From a virus: a stretch of DNA of 46,788 nt. A program made the translations under genes and the position numbers. Of this stretch, positions 8,827-16,259 are shown piece by piece. The notes beneath the pieces are model-generated. The model had not been told where the DNA came from and made no database searches. It saw only the letters and a program-made list of their open reading frames with translations. The stretch lies in the IMG/VR virus record IMGVR_UViG_3300040801_003297. The stretch is one strand, 5' to 3'. Every line of letters starts with the position of its first letter. Positions within the stretch are counted from its first letter, which is position 1.

Positions 8827-9102
8827 ATGATGATTGTCGTCGCAACAGAACTGCTAAGGGTGACGCGCCACGGCGTGGCGCCCTTAGTTATTTTGCTCGT
8901 CGAGCGAGGTATCTTGCCCGAGTCCGTGCAAAAAGACGTCGTCGAGTTCTTCGCTATTATCGTAAGCTTTGGACTCGCGTATGGCTGGAGCTGGTACAAT
9001 GATAAGCGCCGTAAAGATAGCGCTAAACTGGATTCTGAACAATCAGGCGGTCCAGTGGGCGCTGGGAATTCTAGTTGCGATGGGAGCTCTGAAGGCTCGT
9101 GA
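8827..9102 (+). CDS. Hypothetical membrane protein (possible holin)
   Basis: 91 aa with the hydrophobic segment VVEFFAIIVSFGLAYGWSWY followed by KRRKD. The 3' 104 nt overlap the next candidate gene in another frame, so one of the two calls may be wrong. Confidence 0.4.
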   Translation: MMIVVATELLRVTRHGVAPLVILLVERGILPESVQKDVVEFFAIIVSFGLAYGWSWYNDKRRKDSAKLDSEQSGGPVGAGNSSCDGSSEGS

Positions 9103-9256
9103 CTGGACCCAACGTAGAGAAGGTCGGAAGCTTGAGCGTGAAGATGCTGAAGAAGACGACGCTGAGTTGGCAGATGATATTCGTCGTCGTGCTCGTGCTG
9201 CTCGCGGTGAGCGGGTGCAGCTGGACGAAGATGACGACACGGGGTACCGCGATTGA
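8999..9256 (+). CDS. Candidate i-spanin-like protein (N-terminal TM plus a charged helix)
   Basis: From the internal ATG: MISAVKIALNWILNNQAVQWALGILVAMGALKA, then a highly charged coil. A lipoprotein gene starts inside it in another frame (overlapped spanin architecture). Confidence 0.45.
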   Translation: MISAVKIALNWILNNQAVQWALGILVAMGALKARDWTQRREGRKLEREDAEEDDAELADDIRRRARAARGERVQLDEDDDTGYRD

Positions 9257-9386
9257 AGCGGTGTGCTTGGAATGGGGAGGCAGTCTTCCTACTCGCTCAC
9301 GCGAAGACACTGAGCAGACACAGATAGAGATCGGAACGGCGTATCGAGTTTATCGAGCCGTGTGCAAAGACATTGAGGACAACTGA
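9144..9386 (+). CDS. Small lipoprotein, candidate o-spanin
   Basis: MLKKTTLSWQMIFVVVLVLLAVSGC has a signal peptide and lipobox VSGC. The mature part is 55 aa with two further Cys. The gene starts within 8999..9256 and ends beyond it. Confidence 0.6.
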   Translation: MLKKTTLSWQMIFVVVLVLLAVSGCSWTKMTTRGTAIEAVCLEWGGSLPTRSREDTEQTQIEIGTAYRVYRAVCKDIEDN

Positions 9387-9754
9387 TGTACATCTCTATC
9401 ACGGCGATTCCCGAAGGCTCTTTCGAGCTGAGGATATTCGACGACGGTCACAACGAGAACAGCGATCCGATCGACACGGTCTGCGTGCTGAAAAAACTCA
9501 GCGAGACCGAGTGCGAAGTCAGTATGGCGAAGGGACATCTTTACAATCAAGTCAACGAAGAAATTGGACTAATCGCGTATCGCATGGGGTACAATGTGCT
9601 GAAGTTTAAGGCGCTACGCGGTGTGAAAGTTTCTCGGTACGCCGTAGAGGTCAGCGAAGACGACAGCTTCACGCACTACGAAGTTGATCTGCTGGCGGCG
9701 GCGTCTAAGCTGGGCGTACAGCGCAGCACAATAGTTGAGGATATAACGTCGTGA
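9386..9754 (+). CDS. Hypothetical protein
   Basis: 122-aa ORF; ATG overlaps the upstream stop (TGATG); no recognisable motif. Confidence 0.6.
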   Translation: MYISITAIPEGSFELRIFDDGHNENSDPIDTVCVLKKLSETECEVSMAKGHLYNQVNEEIGLIAYRMGYNVLKFKALRGVKVSRYAVEVSEDDSFTHYEVDLLAAASKLGVQRSTIVEDITS

Positions 9755-9957
9755 CATTAGAGGAATTGAAAGAAGCCCGGTCACGGCTGATTGCCGGACA
9801 GCACGTCGTGTCGTTCCGTTCAGCGAACGGCAAGTCAGTGACGTATAACGCGGGCGACCTCGATAAGCTGGAAGCTATGATTCGAGCTGAGACGATCAGA
9901 GCGAGCGGTAAGCCGAAATCTCGCAGTCGTCAAATGATCTCATCGAAGGGGCTATGA
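9751..9957 (+). CDS. Head-tail joining protein, lambda gpW-like
   Basis: 68 aa. LEELKEARSRLIAGQHVVSFRSANGKSVTYNAGDLDKLEAMI fits the gpW pattern, and the gene sits immediately upstream of portal. GTGA overlap at the start. Confidence 0.7.
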   Translation: MTLEELKEARSRLIAGQHVVSFRSANGKSVTYNAGDLDKLEAMIRAETIRASGKPKSRSRQMISSKGL

Positions 9958-9958
9958 C

Positions 9959-11470
9959 ATGACAGTTCAAATGGCAAAGCCTCGAGTAAGGATTCGCAAC
10001 GGTGAGCTGGTCCCCGGCGCGCCTTCGGTCATGGCTAAGTACGAAGGCGGCTCGACCGCTCCTCGTCTGCGCTACCGTGGATCCACTCTTACTGGTCCGA
10101 ATTCGCCGATAGCTAACTCGCTCTCGACGCTTCAGGCTCGAAGCCACAATCTAATTCGCAACAACGCTTACGCGTCCGGCGCTCAAGAGAGCTACGTGTC
10201 CAACCTCGTCGGATCTGGTATCCGGCCGAAGTGGAACGATCCAGACGTGCAGGCTTTGTGGGACAGCTGGGCACACGTAGCGGACGCCGATCAACTCGGC
10301 TCGTTCTATGCTCTTCAGTCTCTTGCGGCTTCCGGGCAGTTCGGGTCAGGGGAGGCGTTCGGTCGGTTCCGGTACCGTCGCATGGAGGACGGCCTCCCGG
10401 TTCCGATGCAGATCCAGCTTATCGAGTCTGCCCATCTTGATCACACGTACTCTCGTCTGTTCCAGAATCGGTTGATCAAGATGGGCATCGAGTTCGACGG
10501 CATTGGACGCAGGCGGGCTTATCACTTCTGGCAATACCATCCGCATGAGAAGTTGACAGCGCAGTTCAATCAGCGAAGCGCAGTGCCCGCATCGGAAGTC
10601 GTGCACATGTTTCGGCGTACGCGGCCGGGACAGCTTCGCGGAGTCCCGGAACTCACGTCTGTTATCCTGCGGCTCTACGAGATCGATGCGATGCAGGACG
10701 CGTTGCTGGCTCGACAGAAGTTCGCTCAGCTCTTCGGCGCATTCGTTAAGCGCACGGGGGATTCGGCCCTGGGAGACGAAGCAGGTGAGTTCTTCGGCAC
10801 GCAGGTCAGCATGGGCGAAGAGGAGCCGCTCACTGAGTTCGTGCCCGGCGCCATACACTACTTAGAGTCAGGCGAAGAGGTAACGTTCTCCGATCCGCCT
10901 GATATTGGCAGCTCGTATGAAAGCTGGTTGAGCACAGAGCTGCGAGCTGTAGCGAAGGGCGCGGGCATCACTTACGAGCAGCTCACAGGCGATCTGACAA
11001 AGGTCAACTACAGCTCCATACGAGCAGGCCTGTTGGAATTCCGTCGCAGGGTAGAGGCGTTACAGGCGCACCTGATGGTGTCCCAGTTCTGCCGGCCCAT
11101 TGCGGCTAAGTGGCTCGACCTTGCAGTCGCTACTCGGCGCGTCAACTTGCCGAATTACGCGACGCAGCGAGAACAGTATCTGGCGATCGATTGGATCGCT
11201 CCTCGCTGGCAATGGGTCGATCCGCTCAAAGAGACGACTGCGGACATCCTTGAGATTCGAGCAGGTCTATCACCGCGAAGCGAGAAAGCTGCGGAGCGTG
11301 GTTGGTCACTCGAAGACATTGATAAAGCGATCGAGGCGTCTAATGCAAGCGCCGACTCACACGGTTTGATTCTCGATTCGGATCCGAGACGAACTGCGAA
11401 GACGGGTGTGGCCGTAATACGAGACGACCCAACCGATCCTGAAAACGCGACTAGTCAAGACGAGGAGTAA
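9959..11470 (+). CDS. Portal protein, lambda gpB family
   Basis: 503 aa in the position between gpW and the protease. Lambda-family portal signature regions (NNAYASGA..., FRYRRMEDG.., AIDWIAPRWQWVDPLKE). Confidence 0.85.
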   Translation: MTVQMAKPRVRIRNGELVPGAPSVMAKYEGGSTAPRLRYRGSTLTGPNSPIANSLSTLQARSHNLIRNNAYASGAQESYVSNLVGSGIRPKWNDPDVQALWDSWAHVADADQLGSFYALQSLAASGQFGSGEAFGRFRYRRMEDGLPVPMQIQLIESAHLDHTYSRLFQNRLIKMGIEFDGIGRRRAYHFWQYHPHEKLTAQFNQRSAVPASEVVHMFRRTRPGQLRGVPELTSVILRLYEIDAMQDALLARQKFAQLFGAFVKRTGDSALGDEAGEFFGTQVSMGEEEPLTEFVPGAIHYLESGEEVTFSDPPDIGSSYESWLSTELRAVAKGAGITYEQLTGDLTKVNYSSIRAGLLEFRRRVEALQAHLMVSQFCRPIAAKWLDLAVATRRVNLPNYATQREQYLAIDWIAPRWQWVDPLKETTADILEIRAGLSPRSEKAAERGWSLEDIDKAIEASNASADSHGLILDSDPRRTAKTGVAVIRDDPTDPENATSQDEE

Positions 11471-11473
11471 GTC

Positions 11474-12604
11474 ATGAAGAACTGGTTTAGAGCAATGGTG
11501 CAGAACAACGTCGGCCAGATCGTCATTGACGGTCCGATCGGCTTCGATTGGTGGGACGGATCCGGGACAACTAGCTCCGGGTTCATGAACGCTATCAAAG
11601 AACTCGGTGAGGTCAATGAGATCGTCATCGACATGAATAGCCCGGGCGGTGCAGTGTCGGATGGCTTGACCATTGCGAACTACTTGCGCAACCACGACGC
11701 GAAGGTCGTCGTCAACGTATTGGGTCAGGCGTCCAGCATCGCGAGCGTGATTACTGCGGCGGCCGATGAAGTGCGTATGGGCCTTGGCGCCTACATGTTC
11801 ATTCACAACCCGTTCACGGTTGCTGTCGGCAACGCCGATCAACTGCGAGCCTTGGCGACAGATCTCGATACGATCGCCGCGGGTATCGTTGACACGTACG
11901 TTGCGAGAGTCGGTGAAGATCGACGCGCAGAGATCGAAGAGCTGATCGCTGGCACTGACGGCGACGGCACGCTTCTTTCTGCCGAGATGGCGATGGAGCT
12001 CGGACTGGCTGATTCGATGTTGGAGGTGAAAGCCGCTGCGTCGATGACAGGCTTGTCTGACGCGCTTAATCACGCGAAGACCGAAGCGCAGAATCTGATC
12101 TCGCATCAGAACGGTAGCGAGCTGTTGACTCCCATGGACGCTTTCACGATCGCATTCGACTGCGACGCGGAGTACGTCGAGGAGAATCTCAACGACCTCG
12201 CAACACAGATCATGGCTTGGCGAGAAGCAGAGTCGGCGGAAGTTACCGTCGAGAGTCTGACCGCCAGCTACCCTGACGTCGTTCAGGCTATTGGGGAAAG
12301 CGCAGTCAACGCGCTAGGCCCAAGGCCGAACGCAGAAGAAGTCGTCGCAACCGAGAGAAGTCGAGTGCTCGCGATTGTTGACACCTGCAACGCCACTAAT
12401 CAGCAGAAGCTTATCCATAAGCTTGTTGAGAACGGTACGCAGGAGACGCAAGCGATTGAGTACATCACGGACATCGCTGCGGCGGCAGACCCGGGAATTC
12501 ATAATTCTCATTCGCCCGAAGGCGGGCAGCCGCCGGCGCTCGACACCTCGTCGATCTACGCCCGGCGTAAATCAAAAGCTCTTAAAAGGGAGATACCCTC
12601 ATGA
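11474..12604 (+). CDS. Prohead protease (ClpP/S49-like) fused to a scaffold-like C-terminal domain
   Basis: IVIDMNSPGGAVSDGLTIANYLRNH...GQASSIASVI...MFIHNP are ClpP-fold serine protease motifs. The C-terminal ~180 aa are helical and acidic, as in lambda C/Nu3. Confidence 0.85.
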   Translation: MKNWFRAMVQNNVGQIVIDGPIGFDWWDGSGTTSSGFMNAIKELGEVNEIVIDMNSPGGAVSDGLTIANYLRNHDAKVVVNVLGQASSIASVITAAADEVRMGLGAYMFIHNPFTVAVGNADQLRALATDLDTIAAGIVDTYVARVGEDRRAEIEELIAGTDGDGTLLSAEMAMELGLADSMLEVKAAASMTGLSDALNHAKTEAQNLISHQNGSELLTPMDAFTIAFDCDAEYVEENLNDLATQIMAWREAESAEVTVESLTASYPDVVQAIGESAVNALGPRPNAEEVVATERSRVLAIVDTCNATNQQKLIHKLVENGTQETQAIEYITDIAAAADPGIHNSHSPEGGQPPALDTSSIYARRKSKALKREIPS

Positions 12605-12957
12605 TGACTACAGAATCCCGCCATCCGGGAGAACACATTGTGTCCGAAGCGAATGGTGCTCGTTCACGTGAGCAAGGCGTCCTGACTTCAGGTGAAAACC
12701 TCGAAGCCGGTGCTGTCGTTGCGACCGTAGGCGGCAAGTACGTGGAACTCGACCCTGCTGCCGCTACTGGCGCCGAAGTAGCGGTTGGAGTTCTGTTCGC
12801 TGCAGTCGATGCTAGCGCGGCCGATGCAGATTGCCTCGTCCACGTTCGCGATTGTGAAGTGGACGGAAACGCCCTGGGATGGCCTGCTGGCATCACCAGT
12901 GGAGAAATTGATACCGCGACTGCCGAACTGGCCGCTCTCGGTATCATCGTTCGCTAA
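12601..12957 (+). CDS. Head decoration protein, gpD-like
   Basis: 118 aa between protease and capsid. GENLEAGAVVATVGGKYVELDP...VGVLFAAVDAS is typical of decoration proteins. ATGA overlap. Confidence 0.75.
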   Translation: MMTTESRHPGEHIVSEANGARSREQGVLTSGENLEAGAVVATVGGKYVELDPAAATGAEVAVGVLFAAVDASAADADCLVHVRDCEVDGNALGWPAGITSGEIDTATAELAALGIIVR

Positions 12958-12995
12958 TTGCAGCGATTAACTCGTAACACAAAGGAGAAAACGTA

Positions 12996-13988
12996 ATGGG
13001 TCCTTTCGATTCCGACATCTTTACGCTGCAGTCATTGACGGCGGCGATCAACGAGGTTGAATATGCCCCTCGCCGACTCGGCGAGATGGGCCTGTTCAGC
13101 GAAGAAGGTATCATGACCACTTCAGTGGTTGTGGAAAAGTCTGGCCGTCAACTGGGTCTGGTTCCCTCGCGTGAGCGTGGTGCCCCGGGTCAAGTCATCG
13201 GCGCTGACAAGCGGACGGGTGTGACGTTCACGGCGGTCCACCTGCCGACCGTGGCGACGATCCTTGCTGACGAGGTGCAGAACGTTCGCGCCTTCGGAAG
13301 TGAAGATCAGACACAAGCCATGCAGAACGTGGTCAACACGCGTCTTGCGAAGATGGCGCAGCGACTTGAAGTCACCACCGAGTTCCATCGGGTGGGCGCG
13401 GTACGCGGTCAGATTCTGGACGCGGACGCCACGACTGTGCTGGTCGATCTGTACAGCGCTTTCGGCATTACTCAGACTTCGGTCAACATGGTGCTCGACA
13501 CCGCGACGACCAAAGTTCAAGAGAAGTGTCTGGACGTACTCGAGGCGATCGAGGTCGGCCTGGGCGACATGCCTTTCACGGGTGTGACGGTAATGTGCGG
13601 CTCCAGCTTCTGGCGCAAGCTCATTGGTCACGCCAAGGTCGAAGAGGCGTACAAGTACCAGCAGTCAGAGCGCCTGCGCGCCGATGGCCGCGAGTCATTC
13701 AGCTTCGGCGGTCTGAACTTCGAGCGCTACCGCGGTGGCGTTGGTGGTACTCCGTTCATCCCGGCAACTGTGGCATACGCAGTTCCCATGGGCGCTCCGG
13801 ACATGTTTATCAGCCGCTTCGCTCCTGCGAACTACGCGGATACGGTGAACACGATCGGTCTGCCGATGTACGCCAGCACGGATGAGCTGGGCCACAACAA
13901 GGGCGTCGAGCTGGAAGGGCAGTCTAACCCCATCCACTTGAACACGCGTCCTCAAGCGGTCATCAAGCTTAACGAGCACAACGGTTAA
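12996..13988 (+). CDS. Major capsid protein, lambda gpE family
   Basis: 330 aa with strong RBS AAAGGAG. N-terminus FTLQSLTAAINEVEYAPRRLGEMGLF matches the capsid-E family pattern. Confidence 0.9.
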   Translation: MGPFDSDIFTLQSLTAAINEVEYAPRRLGEMGLFSEEGIMTTSVVVEKSGRQLGLVPSRERGAPGQVIGADKRTGVTFTAVHLPTVATILADEVQNVRAFGSEDQTQAMQNVVNTRLAKMAQRLEVTTEFHRVGAVRGQILDADATTVLVDLYSAFGITQTSVNMVLDTATTKVQEKCLDVLEAIEVGLGDMPFTGVTVMCGSSFWRKLIGHAKVEEAYKYQQSERLRADGRESFSFGGLNFERYRGGVGGTPFIPATVAYAVPMGAPDMFISRFAPANYADTVNTIGLPMYASTDELGHNKGVELEGQSNPIHLNTRPQAVIKLNEHNG

Positions 13989-13993
13989 GTCGG

Positions 13994-14305
13994 GTGACTA
14001 TTGACGAAATCGAGGCGGCGGCGAACAGAGCACATTTCGCCGCTCGCTTCATTCCGGCTACGTATCAGGCTCCGGGCGAGTCTGTCACCTCCGTCAATAT
14101 CGATATCGATAGAAGCGCGAAGGTGATGGACGACCGCGGAGTCGTCTACGAAGATCGGTGTGAAATCTCGATTATCGTTGAAGAAGTAGGAGAAGGAGAG
14201 CGCGGCGCCAGGGTGGACACAGGACGTCCTGACGACGCGTGGATCCTTATGGATCCCATAGGCAATGACGGGTACGAAGCCCGATGGATAGCGGTTAGAG
14301 ACTGA
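13994..14305 (+). CDS. Hypothetical head-tail connector protein (gpFII position)
   Basis: 103 aa, GTG start. Called on position after the capsid gene and the 1-nt overlap with the next gene. Confidence 0.5.
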   Translation: MTIDEIEAAANRAHFAARFIPATYQAPGESVTSVNIDIDRSAKVMDDRGVVYEDRCEISIIVEEVGEGERGARVDTGRPDDAWILMDPIGNDGYEARWIAVRD

Positions 14306-14925
14306 TGGCGAACACGTCCTTCGAAGATCTACCGCGATTCTCGGAAGCGCTATCGCGCATTCCCCTTGTCACATTGGATCTTGCCTCGAAAGCTCTTAAC
14401 AGGGCGGCCGAGTACGCTCGCGAAGAGGGCGTGAATACACTCGCGAAGCGCTACAATTTAGAGCGCTCGTATATCGAAAGCAACCTCAACGTCAGAGGAC
14501 AAGCTTCGAGAACAGATTTGACGGCTCGAATAGTAGGGAACAATCGAGCTGTTCTCGCTCCTCGTTATGGGGCGAGGCCGAAGACAGTAGGGGCGCCGGG
14601 CGCGAAAGGCAACGCCAAGGCAGGAATCCCCGCCGGACAAAAAGGCGCAGGCTCGACTGCGTGGTCCGTACTGAGAGGCGGCGGTGGTAAATCATGGGAG
14701 CGGGCTTTCTTTATCCGTCTCCCTGGGAGTGGAGCATGGGCCCTAGTGGCTCGTTACGGTTCGGGCTATTCGTTAAGCTCGAAGCAAGATTGGAAGAAGA
14801 ATCTGGATGTGGTCAACTCATTGAGTGTGGGCCAGATGTGGAGATACGAGAGAGACCAAGTCGCGCCGCAGGCTATGGCGCTGGCGTCTGAGTTTTTCCT
14901 CGAAGGGATACTGAAAGAGCTATGA
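14305..14925 (+). CDS. Tail completion protein, lambda gpZ-like
   Basis: 206 aa. The layout LSRIPLVTLDLASKALNRAA...ARIVGNNRAVLAPRYGARP...GGGGKSWERAFFIRLPGSGAW parallels lambda Z as I remember it. Confidence 0.55.
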   Translation: MANTSFEDLPRFSEALSRIPLVTLDLASKALNRAAEYAREEGVNTLAKRYNLERSYIESNLNVRGQASRTDLTARIVGNNRAVLAPRYGARPKTVGAPGAKGNAKAGIPAGQKGAGSTAWSVLRGGGGKSWERAFFIRLPGSGAWALVARYGSGYSLSSKQDWKKNLDVVNSLSVGQMWRYERDQVAPQAMALASEFFLEGILKEL

Positions 14926-15386
14926 CTGCTTCATCTACATTGTTCTCTCGAGAGCTAGTCACTACGCTGGAGACTATTCTTACGAGTGCGGGATACTTGA
15001 CGGATCTCGGCCAGAGTGTCCATCGCGGATTCTTCGCTCACGTGCTAAATTCGAAAGACGCGGCTTTCCCCGCTATCGTGATTCACCCTGGAGTCGAGGA
15101 AGTCTCCAGCGTGCACGGTACTGGCGAGAAGGCTATCGTCGTATTCACAGTTCCGATGGTCATGGCCGTCGAGCTAAGTACAGATGCGAGTGGCTACGAG
15201 CAACTGCAGGCGTGCGCGTACGATGTGCGCAAAGCCTTGATGGTGAATCGTGAAGCCCTTGCTCAACTAGGTCAGCGAGACTCTCTCGAAGTGGGAGCAG
15301 TTGAGCCTGATATATCGCGCGATTCACGTTTCGCTCTGGCCGCGATGACTGTAAGCATCTCCTTCGTGGAGACGTATAAACTTTGA
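14922..15386 (+). CDS. Tail terminator / head-tail joining protein (gpU position)
   Basis: 154 aa, ATGA overlap, positioned directly before the putative tube gene. Confidence 0.5.
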   Translation: MTASSTLFSRELVTTLETILTSAGYLTDLGQSVHRGFFAHVLNSKDAAFPAIVIHPGVEEVSSVHGTGEKAIVVFTVPMVMAVELSTDASGYEQLQACAYDVRKALMVNREALAQLGQRDSLEVGAVEPDISRDSRFALAAMTVSISFVETYKL

Positions 15387-15407
15387 AAACTCTGAGGAGT
15401 AAGTAAC

Positions 15408-16175
15408 ATGACAACTGCAAGCACTACTCGAGGCTACAAAGGTCGGGGCCGATTCACATTGCGCCCTCTGGCTGGTGGCCGCCCTTTCGAACTGGGCAAC
15501 GTCGTAACCCTTGACGAGTCCGTAGAGGTCGATCGTTCAGGCCGTCAGAACTATCAGGATCCGGCGGGTGGTGAGCTCGACGTTGAAGAGACCATCACGT
15601 CGTTCACCTTTGAGGCGACGGCCGATGACATCTCTCCTGCGAACATCGCTCTGGCGTTCCGCGGTACTTCCGAGGAGTTGCCTTCCCTGGCAATCACAGG
15701 CGAGACTCAAAACGCGTGGGCGGGTCACCGTATCGCGTTTAACTCTCTCCCTGATCCGAGCGAAGCGATCACGGTCGAGTGGGACGACGGCGGCACGCCG
15801 ACTGCTCTGGTCGCGGGTACTGATTACGAGCGCACTCCGCACGGCATCATCATGCTGCCGACCACGACTCTGACGTTCACGAATGACGATCCGATCGAGC
15901 TGACAGTAGGCTACACCCGCAACCCGCAGTACTTGATCCAAGCCCTGGTCTCCAGTGGTCAAGAGTACGAGGTAATCTGGCACGGCCTGAACGCAGTAGA
16001 CGGTGGCAACCCGATCACGTCTCGCTACTTCCGGGTGAAGTTCTCGCCGACTTCTGGATTCAGCCGCCATGGTGGTGACGACTTCGGTCAGCTGACTCTT
16101 TCGGGTTCGGTGCTGGCGGATAACTCTCGCGTAGGCGCGGGCCTGTCCAAGTACCTCGAAACGGCGATGATCTAA
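15408..16175 (+). CDS. Major tail (tube) protein, gpV position
   Basis: 255 aa, strong RBS GAGGAG, followed by a strong terminator as expected for a highly expressed structural gene. Lies immediately upstream of the tape measure. Confidence 0.6.
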   Translation: MTTASTTRGYKGRGRFTLRPLAGGRPFELGNVVTLDESVEVDRSGRQNYQDPAGGELDVEETITSFTFEATADDISPANIALAFRGTSEELPSLAITGETQNAWAGHRIAFNSLPDPSEAITVEWDDGGTPTALVAGTDYERTPHGIIMLPTTTLTFTNDDPIELTVGYTRNPQYLIQALVSSGQEYEVIWHGLNAVDGGNPITSRYFRVKFSPTSGFSRHGGDDFGQLTLSGSVLADNSRVGAGLSKYLETAMI

Positions 16176-16204
16176 TCGGGATCGTCAGTATGCACCACAC
16201 ATAG

Positions 16205-16231
16205 CAGCCCGGCGTATGTCGGGCTGTTTTT
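16205..16231 (+). terminator. Rho-independent terminator after the tube gene
   Basis: Stem cagcccg (16205..16211) pairs with cgggctg (16220..16226), with an 8-nt loop and then ttttt. Confidence 0.8.
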
Positions 16232-16259
16232 ATCGCCGATGAAGAAAGGGTCCTAGCCG

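Noticed and set aside
11357-12106. 249-aa minus-strand ORF across the portal/protease junction
   Set aside because: Antisense to two strongly supported head genes; shadow ORF.
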